From positions 192,001-256,000 of the forward strand of contig CAVZRV010000008.1 of the NCBI GenBank assembly GCA_963777605.1: 64,000 nucleotides of DNA. The letters run 5' to 3'. The notes below the pieces were generated by a model that saw only the letters and a program-made list of their open reading frames with translations, did not search any database and had not been told where the DNA came from. Source of the DNA: an uncultured Acidobacteriota bacterium (lineage in GTDB: Bacteria > Acidobacteriota > UBA6911 > RPQK01 > JAPXNP01). Position numbers and translations under genes: made by a program. Shown here in pieces: positions 38,634 to 47,627 of this stretch (position 1 is the stretch's first letter; each line of letters opens with the position of its first letter).

Positions 38634-39947
38634 TCAGCCCCGGAGGGCCCATCGCAGGATTGTGCGGATCCGAGGCGGTTGACCCTGCATCAGGATGCCG
38701 ACACGAAAGATCCTTCCCCCGGCCCACACCGCCAGTGAGGTCATCAGCAGGACACCGATCAAGCCCACCCAGGGTTGCCACCCTGGAATGTTCCCGGCCG
38801 TGCTGAGGCGCATCGTCATCAGCATGGGAGTGAACGGCGGTATGAACGACATCCAGGTCGAGAAAGCACTGTTCGGCTCCTGCATGACAGGGACCAGCAG
38901 GAGCATGGGGATCATCACCGGGAACATCCCTGGCATGGTCAGGTTCTGGGCATCCTTGGCGTCGCTGCAGGCAGCACCGAGGGAGGCCAGGATCGAACCC
39001 ATCATCAAGATTGCCAGCACCATGAATACCAGGAACCAGGGGAAAACCCGGAAAGGGATGAGTCCGGCAAAGCCGAGGTTGGAAAGCGCCAGCACTCCTG
39101 CGGCAATGTAGACCGTCGAAGCGGTCAGCGAAACACTAACTCCGCCAAGGACCTTTCCCATCATGAATTCGAATGGGCCTACCGAACCCAGCATGACCTC
39201 CGCGATGCCCTGGGTCTTCTCCTCCATGACTGCATTGAGCAAAGGAACTGCCCCCATCATCACCATCATGAACATGAGGAAAGTGATCCCCATCGGAACT
39301 CCGATGGCACGTCCTTCACTGGTTTCTGTCGCAGGCCCAACAGTGCCGTCCCTGCCTTGAGAAACGAGATCGGTCGGCTGAACGTCGTACCAGGCGAACA
39401 GGTAGTCCAGGTCTTTCTCGTCCACTCCGAGAGAAGCCAGTCGCGCTTTCCTGACCTCTCGATTTATTCGCTGGTTGAACCAGTTGCGGGTGTTGTCAAG
39501 AGCGGGGTTGGATGCGAAGTAACGGGGCCGTTCGACATCCCGGCCGGGATCCGCCGTCAGCAGGCCGGTCGGCAATTCCAGGAAGGCATGCAACTCCCGG
39601 TGCCGGACCTGGTTGCTCAACTCCAGCCTCAACTGATCCCGGTCGCGGCCGGCGGGGTCAATCTGCTCGAGGATGTAACGGGGTCGGACCTGGGCGCCGC
39701 TTTCTTCGTCAAAGATCTCGTTCTGGTTCCGCTTCTCCGCGGCTGCGATGAGAGAATCGGCCAGCTGTCCCGTGTAGTCGACAATGACAATCTTCTCATC
39801 GCTCAGGTCCACCTGGTCTTCGAACAGGGCCATTACGATAAAACTGCCTCCCATCAGAATCGGAGCCAACAGCAAACCAATAATGAAGCCCTTCGTCTTA
39901 ACGGCGGCAAGGTACTCCCGGCGTGCGATCTTAAGCGCCCGTTCCAT
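38634..39947 (-). CDS. ABC-2 type transporter permease (NatB/YhaP-like)
   Basis: IARREYLAAVKTKGF, large extracytoplasmic loop, VMEEKTQGIAEVMLGSV...MMGKVLG, IPPFTPMLM, multiple TM helices. Confidence 0.9.
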   Translation of the reverse strand: MERALKIARREYLAAVKTKGFIIGLLLAPILMGGSFIVMALFEDQVDLSDEKIVIVDYTGQLADSLIAAAEKRNQNEIFDEESGAQVRPRYILEQIDPAGRDRDQLRLELSNQVRHRELHAFLELPTGLLTADPGRDVERPRYFASNPALDNTRNWFNQRINREVRKARLASLGVDEKDLDYLFAWYDVQPTDLVSQGRDGTVGPATETSEGRAIGVPMGITFLMFMMVMMGAVPLLNAVMEEKTQGIAEVMLGSVGPFEFMMGKVLGGVSVSLTASTVYIAAGVLALSNLGFAGLIPFRVFPWFLVFMVLAILMMGSILASLGAACSDAKDAQNLTMPGMFPVMIPMLLLVPVMQEPNSAFSTWMSFIPPFTPMLMTMRLSTAGNIPGWQPWVGLIGVLLMTSLAVWAGGRIFRVGILMQGQPPRIRTILRWALRG

Positions 39948-40851
39948 TGACTTCCTCCCCTGATGGCTCGCCGGCGATCCGGACAAAAATGTCGTGAAGC
40001 GACGGGTGTACGACTTCGAACCTTCGCACGCGGGCCTTCGGTACGAGCCGGACCAGGATGTCCTGGGGGTCGGCCCCGGCCAAGAGGCGAACTTCCTGGA
40101 CCTGGCCGTAATCCCGGACTCGTTCGACCTCGGGCATTCCGCGAAGCAAATCCGTTCCGCCGTCACACGCGACCCGCACGGTATCGACGCCATAGCTGGC
40201 CTGGATGTTCTCGAGCGTTCCGTCCAGCACCTTTTCCCCTTTGAAAATCATGAAGATGAAATCACAAAGGCGTTCGGCGACATTCATGTCGTGGGTGCTG
40301 AAGATGACCGTCGTGCCAGAACGCCTCAGATCAAGGATGGCTTCCCGCAAGGTTTCCGCGTTGACCGGGTCCAGTCCGGAGAATGGTTCATCCAGAATGA
40401 GCAGCCTCGGACGGGCGACGACCGTGGCAATAAATTGGACCTTCTGGCTCATGCCCTTGCTCAGCGCCTCTACTTTCCGGGAGGCCCACTTGGCGAGCCC
40501 AAGCCGATCGAGCCAGTAATCCACTTCACGGGAAACGTTCTCGCCATTCTTCAGGTGCCCGAAAAAGAGCAGGAGATCGCGGACCTTCATCTTCCGATAA
40601 AGGCCCCTTTCCTCGGGAAGGTAACCAATGTAATCGGAGGGCGAGGTCCCGGGGGACTGCTGAAAAACGCGAATCGATCCTCGATCCGGGTAGTAGATAT
40701 TCATGATCATTCGGAGCGTGGTCGTTTTGCCCGAGCCGTTTGGTCCGATGAATCCGTAGACGGAACCCTCCGGCACTACCAGCGAAAGGTCATCGACGGC
40801 GGTCACGTCCCCGAAGGTCTTGGTCACCCTGTTCAGTTCGACAATATTCAT
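39931..40851 (-). CDS. ABC transporter ATP-binding protein (NatA/YhaQ-like)
   Basis: GPNGSGKTT, GYLPEERGLY, LSKGM, LILDEPFSGLDP, STH, C-terminal PSLHDIF. Confidence 0.94.
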   Translation of the reverse strand: MNIVELNRVTKTFGDVTAVDDLSLVVPEGSVYGFIGPNGSGKTTTLRMIMNIYYPDRGSIRVFQQSPGTSPSDYIGYLPEERGLYRKMKVRDLLLFFGHLKNGENVSREVDYWLDRLGLAKWASRKVEALSKGMSQKVQFIATVVARPRLLILDEPFSGLDPVNAETLREAILDLRRSGTTVIFSTHDMNVAERLCDFIFMIFKGEKVLDGTLENIQASYGVDTVRVACDGGTDLLRGMPEVERVRDYGQVQEVRLLAGADPQDILVRLVPKARVRRFEVVHPSLHDIFVRIAGEPSGEEVNGTGA

Positions 40852-41167
40852 TTATGACTCCGGCGTTCAACATTACGCGGAAGCACCAGTTTTGTTCACA
40901 GTTGGCAAGTGGCGCAAGTCCGCTCTTCGACGCTCGAGCCGGCCCGGAGTCAACCAGGGAAGCGGCCGAAAGCTTATGGATTCCTGAGTCGGCGCATAGT
41001 CTAATGACAACGGGACTGCGAGTTCGTGACGACCCCGGCTCCAGGAGGCTTTGCGGAGAAATGCCGTTCGCCTTACAAGCTGGCGTGAGAATCGTGCGAG
41101 GCCGGCGGTCCGGTGGGCAACGTTCTGTGCGGGAAACTGAAACTGCAGGCAACTGAGGGGACAGGAA

Positions 41168-43309
41168 ATGGGTTTGATCAATCGTCGTGATTTCGTCAAG
41201 GCAACTTCCGCCGGAGGGGCAACAATCGGCTTGGCCTTTGGCCCGGTTTCACAGGCCCGGGGGAACGGTCCCGGTTCGAAGGGCGCGGGAACCTCTGATT
41301 TGAGATTTAGACAGGTCCATCTCGATTTCCACACCAGCGAGTTGATCGAGGGAATCGGAGCGGCGTTTGACCCAGAGGAGTTTGCCGATACCCTGGCATC
41401 AGCCCACGTAGACTCGATCACCTGCTTCGGACGTGGCCACCACGGCTACATCTACTATGACACCGGCCTTTTCCCGGAAAGGCGCCATCCTCACATGGAT
41501 AAGGCCCTTTTGCCCCGCCAGATCGAGGCCTGTCACAAAAGAGGGATCCGGGTACCGATCTACACGACCATCCAGTGGGACCACTTCACAGCTCAGGCCC
41601 ACCCAGAGTGGTTGATCCTCGATGGAGAAGGGAGACCGATCGGAACTCCCATCTACGAGGCCGGTTTCTATCGTTTTCTTTGTGTGAATTCCCCTTATCG
41701 GGAGTTCCTCAGACAACACATCCGGGAGATTTTCGGCCAGGTTCCGGTCGATGGGTTGTTTCTCGATATCGTCCAGGAACGAGAGTGTTCCTGTCCTTAT
41801 TGCCGGAAACGGATGTTTGAAGCGGGAATGGATCCCTCCAACCCGGCAGACCGCAGCCACTTCGCAGAACTCACCGTCAATGGCTTCAAGGAAGAGATGA
41901 CCGATCTCATTCGCGGATTCAGTAGTGACTGCACAATTTTTTACAACGCGGGACACGTGGGCCCTTACATTCGTGGAAGTGCCGATTCTTACACCCACTT
42001 CGAACTGGAGTCCCTGCCCAGTGGGAGTTGGGGATACCTGCACTTTCCCCTGACCGCTCGCTATGCTCGGACCCTCGGAAAAAGCATTCTCGGAATGACC
42101 GGGAAGTTTCACACCTCCTGGGGAGACTTCCATTCCTACAAGAACTCTGCGGCTCTCCAGTTTGAGTGTTTTTCGATGCTGGCCCTCGGGGCGTACTGCT
42201 CGATCGGCGATCAGCTCCATCCTTCGGGCCGGCTCGACCCGGCGACTTATGACTTGATCGGGTCGGTCTACGGGGAAGTGGCTGAAAAGGAACCCTGGTG
42301 TGCGGGGGCCAAACCGGTGACCGAAATCGCGGTTCTGTCTCCGGAAGAGTTTGTCGGCGGGCGACTTCCATCGGCAGCCCTTGGAGCGGTTCGCATTCTT
42401 CAGGAAGGCCGTCAGCAGTTCGACGTGGTCGATTCCCGGAGTGATCTGACCCCCTACAAGCTGCTGATTCTTCCCGATGTGATCCCCTGCGATGCAGCCC
42501 TCACCGAAAAACTGGAGGAGTTCGTGGAGCTGGGCGGGGCGCTGCTGGCATCCTTTGAGTCGGGGCTCTCTCCGGACAAAGCCGATTTCGCGTTGAAGTC
42601 ACTGGGCGTTCAGAAAGTCAGCGACGGTCCCCGGGACAGCGATGGCAATCTCGCCCGCGGCCGCTACTACCCGCGCCACGACTACGCGGAGTACGTCCTG
42701 CCGTCCGGCCCCCTTGGGGATGGCCTGCCTGCGGTTGAGCACGTCATGTACATCCGGGGACTCGACGTCGCTCCCATGGGAGGGACCGAGATTCTCATGT
42801 TCAAGATTGAACCCTATTTCGACCGGACCTGGCGTCACTTCTGCTCCCACCGGCAGACGCCGTCGTCGGGGCGAAAAGGCCGGCCGGCGGCGATTCGCAA
42901 GGGGCGTTGTATCTACTTTTCTCACCCCGTCTTCTCCCAGTACGACCGGAATGCGCCCAGATGGTGCCGCCAGTTGGTGCTCAATGCTCTGAACCTGGTC
43001 GTGCGGGAACCCCTGCTCCGGGCGAGTGGACCGACGACGATGATCGCGACCGTCACCGAGCAGCCGGAGCAGCAGCGCCGGGTGATTCACCTCCTCAACT
43101 ACATCCCGGAACGCCGCGGGGAGGATTTCGACATCATTGAGGATGTGCTTCCTGTCTACGAGATCGGAATCTCCCTCAGGGCTGACCTGAAACCAACCCG
43201 GGTTCGATCGGTGCCGGCGGACCAGGACCTTCCGTTCGAAGTCATCCAGGGACGGATCAATTTCCGGCTTCCGCGGCTCAAAGGACACCAGATGATCGAG
43301 ATCAGTTGA
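41168..43309 (+). CDS. Tat-exported putative glycoside hydrolase (GHL6-like) with beta-galactosidase trimerization domain
   Basis: NRRDFVK Tat motif, RQVHLDFHTS, HHGYIYY, VDGLFLD, HFELESLP, GMTGKFHTSWGDF, IGDQLHP, YKLLILPD. Confidence 0.8.
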   Translation: MGLINRRDFVKATSAGGATIGLAFGPVSQARGNGPGSKGAGTSDLRFRQVHLDFHTSELIEGIGAAFDPEEFADTLASAHVDSITCFGRGHHGYIYYDTGLFPERRHPHMDKALLPRQIEACHKRGIRVPIYTTIQWDHFTAQAHPEWLILDGEGRPIGTPIYEAGFYRFLCVNSPYREFLRQHIREIFGQVPVDGLFLDIVQERECSCPYCRKRMFEAGMDPSNPADRSHFAELTVNGFKEEMTDLIRGFSSDCTIFYNAGHVGPYIRGSADSYTHFELESLPSGSWGYLHFPLTARYARTLGKSILGMTGKFHTSWGDFHSYKNSAALQFECFSMLALGAYCSIGDQLHPSGRLDPATYDLIGSVYGEVAEKEPWCAGAKPVTEIAVLSPEEFVGGRLPSAALGAVRILQEGRQQFDVVDSRSDLTPYKLLILPDVIPCDAALTEKLEEFVELGGALLASFESGLSPDKADFALKSLGVQKVSDGPRDSDGNLARGRYYPRHDYAEYVLPSGPLGDGLPAVEHVMYIRGLDVAPMGGTEILMFKIEPYFDRTWRHFCSHRQTPSSGRKGRPAAIRKGRCIYFSHPVFSQYDRNAPRWCRQLVLNALNLVVREPLLRASGPTTMIATVTEQPEQQRRVIHLLNYIPERRGEDFDIIEDVLPVYEIGISLRADLKPTRVRSVPADQDLPFEVIQGRINFRLPRLKGHQMIEIS

Positions 43310-43365
43310 CGCCGGATCTTTTTGCAATCCCGCAGGATCGTTCGGTATCTTTGCCCCTATATTGG

Positions 43366-43374
43366 TGTTAGAAT
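43366..43374 (+). promoter_or_regulatory. Extended -10 promoter TGtTAGAAT for the methyltransferase
   Basis: Followed by a CGGAAC-N8-GTTCCG hairpin and a GGAGGAGG SD before TTG 43414. Confidence 0.5.
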
Positions 43375-43413
43375 CGGAACGTTTAGGGGTTCCGAAGTGG
43401 GAGGAGGCTGCTC

Positions 43414-44040
43414 TTGGGCGTTGGTGTAGAACACGTCGAGAAGGTTTATAATCGCTATTCTCGTTTTTACGACCTGATCTTCGGACCGTTCTTCGACAGC
43501 GGTCGAGAAGTGGCTCCGCTCCTGCTCGATCTGGGGCCCGGTATGGAGTTGCTTGAGGTCGGAGTGGGCACGGGCCTTTCCTTGCCGAGACTCCCGCGAA
43601 ATATCCAGATCACCGGGATCGATCTGTCGGAGAAGATGCTCCAGTACGCAGCCAAGCGACTGGAAGCGGAAGATCTCACCCAGAATGTGAAGCTTCTCAA
43701 GATGGATGCTACCCACCTGGAGTTTGAAGACAACTCCTTCGATCGTGTGTTGGCGGCGTACTTCATTTCGACCGTGCCCGACCCGATCAAGGTGATCCAT
43801 GAGATGAGGCGGGTGTGCCGGCCCGGTGGACACCTGGTCTTCCTCAACCATTTCCGAACCGAGAATCCGGTGATCGGTTTCTTTGAGAAAATCCTGTCAC
43901 CGCTGTTTTACCGGATTGGCTTCCGGACCGACCTGGAAGCCCATACCTTGATGGCGCAGTGCGGCCTGGAGATTGAAACGCTGGAGAGAATTGACTTCCT
44001 GGGACACTGGAAGGCAGTCCGGTGTGTCAACCCGGAATGA
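43414..44040 (+). CDS. Class I SAM-dependent methyltransferase, PmtA (phosphatidylethanolamine N-methyltransferase)-like
   Basis: VYNRYSRFYDLIFG, LLEVGVGTG, GIDLS, MDA, STVPDP...EMRRVCRPGG, LNHF. Confidence 0.85.
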   Translation: MGVGVEHVEKVYNRYSRFYDLIFGPFFDSGREVAPLLLDLGPGMELLEVGVGTGLSLPRLPRNIQITGIDLSEKMLQYAAKRLEAEDLTQNVKLLKMDATHLEFEDNSFDRVLAAYFISTVPDPIKVIHEMRRVCRPGGHLVFLNHFRTENPVIGFFEKILSPLFYRIGFRTDLEAHTLMAQCGLEIETLERIDFLGHWKAVRCVNPE

Positions 44041-44268
44041 TCAATCCCCGGCAGTGAGGGTCTCCGGAGTGGTCATCTGGCCGATGACGTCGTCCTCTCC
44101 GGTAACGCGAGGGGAATATTTCTGGGAGAGTTCGTACCGATAGGTCAAGGCCTCTTCCAGGCTGTGAAAAGCGGCCAGTTCGACCTGCTCCATGACCTTT
44201 GTATCCTGGTTGCTCTCTTCGTCGACCTGCTCAACCGTCAGCCAGACCCGGTAGAACCGCTTAGTCAT
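44041..44268 (-). CDS. Hypothetical 75-aa acidic protein, divergent from the OFOR-Rnf operon
   Basis: ATG with GAGGAG upstream; fills the gap convergent with the methyltransferase; no recognisable motif. Confidence 0.6.
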   Translation of the reverse strand: MTKRFYRVWLTVEQVDEESNQDTKVMEQVELAAFHSLEEALTYRYELSQKYSPRVTGEDDVIGQMTTPETLTAGD

Positions 44269-44373
44269 AAAGGAGTCTCCTCAGAACGGAAATTGGGTAT
44301 TCGTCGATCTCAGGCAGATTATCGGCGCTTCCCCGGCAAATAGCAATTCCTGCGTCTATGAACCCAAAAGGAT

Positions 44374-44387
44374 GGGGCAATTGCCCC
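44374..44387. promoter_or_regulatory. Perfect 14-bp palindrome GGGGCAATTGCCCC (candidate operator)
   Basis: Located in the divergent intergenic region upstream of the OFOR-Rnf operon. Confidence 0.4.
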
Positions 44388-44733
44388 TAGATTGCCGGTT
44401 TATGCAGGGTTCGGCTGAGGAGAGGACGATCGGAGACGAAACCGGGATTTCTCCTCAGTATGGGATGCTCGCCACCTGAAACGCTTCGATCAGAAGCTCT
44501 TTGAGAACCCGCATGGCTGGCCCGACTGCTGAGATCTGCAACCGTTTGGGGTAACTCGTATCAGAGAAGTGTGGAGATTCTGAACTGGAATGGATGTTGC
44601 GTTTTCCACACGCACGCTTAGTCAGATTAGCGCTTTAGTTATTGACACGTAGTTTTTCCAGGGAACAGTTGATTTTTGTCGTGGGGCTAAACTTGGAGCG
44701 AAAGCCGCTGTTGCCTCAGCGGAGTCTTTGCCA

Positions 44734-46644
44734 ATGAATTCAACCAGCAACCTAATTGAGTCATCCGGTGCATCCTCTGGTCAGATTGAGACCAGACGAG
44801 TCAAAGAGCAGATCATCGAGATCGTCAGCGACTCCGGCGAGGGTGCGCAAACTTGCGGCCAGATGTTCGGGACCATTTGCGCAAAAATGGGGAACGGCGT
44901 CTGGACCGTTGAAATCATACCTGCCGAAATCGAGCCTCCCTATCGGTCGCGGGCCGGAGCGTCGGGGAACCGAATTCGTGTTGGTGCCAAGATGGTGACC
45001 AATGCCGGCGATGAAGCCGACGTGGTCATCGCCTTTAACGAACAGGTGCTTTACAGTCGAATCGACGTCGGTGCGCTTCGCCCCGGGACGATTGTTTTCC
45101 TGGATCAGGTCTGGAAGAACGATCCCTCTGAGGCTGTGCAGCGAGCATACGCCGATGCCTTTAAGGACTTCGAGGAGAAGGGTTACATCGTCATCGAGAT
45201 TCCTCTCCACGAAGAGACCCTCAATTTCACCGACGATCCCCGAAAGGGGAAGAACATGTGGGCGTTGGGGTTGCTCTGCTGCCTGTACAACTGCGACATG
45301 GATATCGCTCGCAGCGAGGTCCGTAAGAAATTCACGCGCAAGGGCGAGCAGGTGATCAACGTCAACCTGGAGATCCTCGAATCAGGCTACCAGTGGGCGC
45401 AGGAATTCATGACAGTTCGTTTCAGCGTCCCTCCTGAAATGCCTTCTACGCCGATGGTGGTCATGAACGGAAACCAGGCTGTCGGGCTGGGTGTCATGGC
45501 GGCCGGGATGGAACTTTGCGCCATGTACCCCATCACGCCGGCCACCTCCGCTTCCCATTACCTCTCGGCAGTGTTCAACACGGTTGGTGGATTCGTCCAT
45601 CAGGCCGAAGACGAAATCGCCGCAATAGGCTTCGCAATCGGCGCATCCTACGCCGGAAAAACCGCAGTGACCATCACCTCGGGCCCAGGCCTCGCACTGA
45701 AGACCGAGTTTTTGGGGCTGGCCGTGATGGCTGAAGTCCCCCTGGTGGTCGTGGTGGTTCAGAGGGGAGGCCCGTCAACCGGGTTGCCGACCAAGATTGA
45801 GCAGGGAGACCTGCTGGCGGTGCTCTTCGCCTCTCCAGGCGACAGCCCGAAAATCGTGATGGCCCCGGCGACGATCGAAGAGTGCTTTCACTTCATTGTC
45901 ACTGCCCGCAAGCTCGCCGAGGACTTTCGCGGTCCGGTCATGGTTCTGACCGACACGAACCTGGCGACCGGTCAGCAACCCTTCGCCCGCCCGAAGGTGA
46001 AGGAAGAGTGGCTTTCAGCGCCGATTGACCAGTCTGCCTGGGACAAGGAGATTGTTCCTTATGCGTGGGACCAGGAAACCGGTCTCTCCAGCCGGCCTCT
46101 TCCTGGACAGCGAGGTGGAGAGTATGTCCTGACGGGTCTGGCTCACGATGAGCGGAGCAAGGTTGCGTACGAGTCTGGGATCAACCAGCGGGCAATGGCG
46201 ATGCGGAGCCGCAAACTGGCGGCTTTGCACAAGAGTCTGAACCCGCCCGAAGTCTATGGCGACCAGGAAGGCGATTTGCTCCTGGTGACCTGGGGGTCAA
46301 CTCTCGGCGCCGCCCGGGAGGCAGTAGAACGGGTTCGAAATGACGGAGGAAATGTCTCGCACGTGCATTTGCGTTTCCTTTCGCCTCTCGAACCGGGTCT
46401 CAGGGAGATCTTCCGGCGGTTCAAACGGGTGCTGACGATTGAGATTAACTACTCCGACGATGTCGATGGAGTTTACATTACCGAGGAGAACAGACGCCGG
46501 TCACAACTGGCAAGGATATTGCGAGACGCGACCCTGGTGGATGTCGATTGCTGGTCGAAAGTACCGGGCAGCCCACTTCCTCCGGGCCGGATCGAGGAAG
46601 AGATTCGAAAGCGGCTGTCTTCGGCGAAGAAGGGACTGGATTGA
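44734..46644 (+). CDS. korA: 2-oxoacid:ferredoxin oxidoreductase alpha subunit (gamma-alpha fusion)
   Basis: SDSGEGAQ, IIPAEI, GKNMWALG, MNGNQA, YPITPA, QAEDEIAA, TSGPG, QRGGPSTGLPT, WGST; substrate specificity cannot be determined from sequence. Confidence 0.9.
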   Translation: MNSTSNLIESSGASSGQIETRRVKEQIIEIVSDSGEGAQTCGQMFGTICAKMGNGVWTVEIIPAEIEPPYRSRAGASGNRIRVGAKMVTNAGDEADVVIAFNEQVLYSRIDVGALRPGTIVFLDQVWKNDPSEAVQRAYADAFKDFEEKGYIVIEIPLHEETLNFTDDPRKGKNMWALGLLCCLYNCDMDIARSEVRKKFTRKGEQVINVNLEILESGYQWAQEFMTVRFSVPPEMPSTPMVVMNGNQAVGLGVMAAGMELCAMYPITPATSASHYLSAVFNTVGGFVHQAEDEIAAIGFAIGASYAGKTAVTITSGPGLALKTEFLGLAVMAEVPLVVVVVQRGGPSTGLPTKIEQGDLLAVLFASPGDSPKIVMAPATIEECFHFIVTARKLAEDFRGPVMVLTDTNLATGQQPFARPKVKEEWLSAPIDQSAWDKEIVPYAWDQETGLSSRPLPGQRGGEYVLTGLAHDERSKVAYESGINQRAMAMRSRKLAALHKSLNPPEVYGDQEGDLLLVTWGSTLGAAREAVERVRNDGGNVSHVHLRFLSPLEPGLREIFRRFKRVLTIEINYSDDVDGVYITEENRRRSQLARILRDATLVDVDCWSKVPGSPLPPGRIEEEIRKRLSSAKKGLD

Positions 46645-47600
46645 TGTACGGACTCAAGAAGGATTGGGTTCTTGAAAAACAGCCAAGGGTTTGTGTTCTG
46701 GAAGACTACCAGGGAGCGGAAGCGCGTTGGTGTCCGGGATGTGGAGACCATGCGGTACTGAACGCGGTGCAGCGGGTTGCGCGCGACCAGCAACTGCTTC
46801 CGGAGCGTACCGTGGTCGTTTCCGGGATCGGCTGCTCGAGCCGGTTCCCGCACTACATGAAGACCTACGGCTTTCACGGGTTGCACGGAAGAGCTCTGCC
46901 GGTGGCAACCGGAATCAAGAGCCGGCGGCCCGACCTGGAGATCTTCGTGATCACGGGCGACGGTGACTGTTGCGCTATTGGAACCGCTCACTGGATTCAT
47001 GCGATCCGTTACAACATGAACCTGACGGTCCTGCTCCTGGATAACAACATCTACGGGTTGACTAAAGCCCAGACCTCTCCGACGACTCGTACTTCCGAGC
47101 GGTCCAACACCCACCCGAAAGGATCATTTTTCGTTCCCTTGAACCCGATCTCTGTCGTTCTGGGAATCAGTAACGCGTCCTTCGTCGCTCAGACGGTGGA
47201 CTGGAACCCGCCTCATCTGTACGAGACGATCAAGGCAGCAAGGGAGCACAAGGGAACAGCTTTTGTCCGTGTTCTCCAGCGCTGTCCCCATTACACATCC
47301 CACGTGTTTGCAGAGGCACAGCACGACACCTCTCGCATCCTGTACCTCCAGCACCCCGACGGAATCAACGTTCCGGATCAGGTGGCGAAGACATTCAAGA
47401 ATCAGATGGTGCACGATCCCGCCAATTTGTCCGAAGCGCGCGATATCGCCGAGGAGCCGAACGAGGCGTTCCCGGTCGGCCTGATCTACTTGAATCGCCA
47501 TGCACAGCGATACGACGAGGTGACTTGTCAGGGGCTGGGGATGAGCCCGGTGAAGAAGATCGAAGCGATCGACAAGGCCCTCGATCGATTCATGGTCTAG
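46644..47600 (+). CDS. korB: 2-oxoacid:ferredoxin oxidoreductase beta subunit (TPP-binding)
   Basis: WCPGCGDH, SGIGCSSR, HGLHGRA, intact TPP motif GDGD...DNNIYG, LQRCP; TGATG coupling with the alpha subunit. Confidence 0.92.
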   Translation: MYGLKKDWVLEKQPRVCVLEDYQGAEARWCPGCGDHAVLNAVQRVARDQQLLPERTVVVSGIGCSSRFPHYMKTYGFHGLHGRALPVATGIKSRRPDLEIFVITGDGDCCAIGTAHWIHAIRYNMNLTVLLLDNNIYGLTKAQTSPTTRTSERSNTHPKGSFFVPLNPISVVLGISNASFVAQTVDWNPPHLYETIKAAREHKGTAFVRVLQRCPHYTSHVFAEAQHDTSRILYLQHPDGINVPDQVAKTFKNQMVHDPANLSEARDIAEEPNEAFPVGLIYLNRHAQRYDEVTCQGLGMSPVKKIEAIDKALDRFMV

Positions 47601-47627
47601 CCGCTGGGGGTTCGGCCGAGCGTCACA

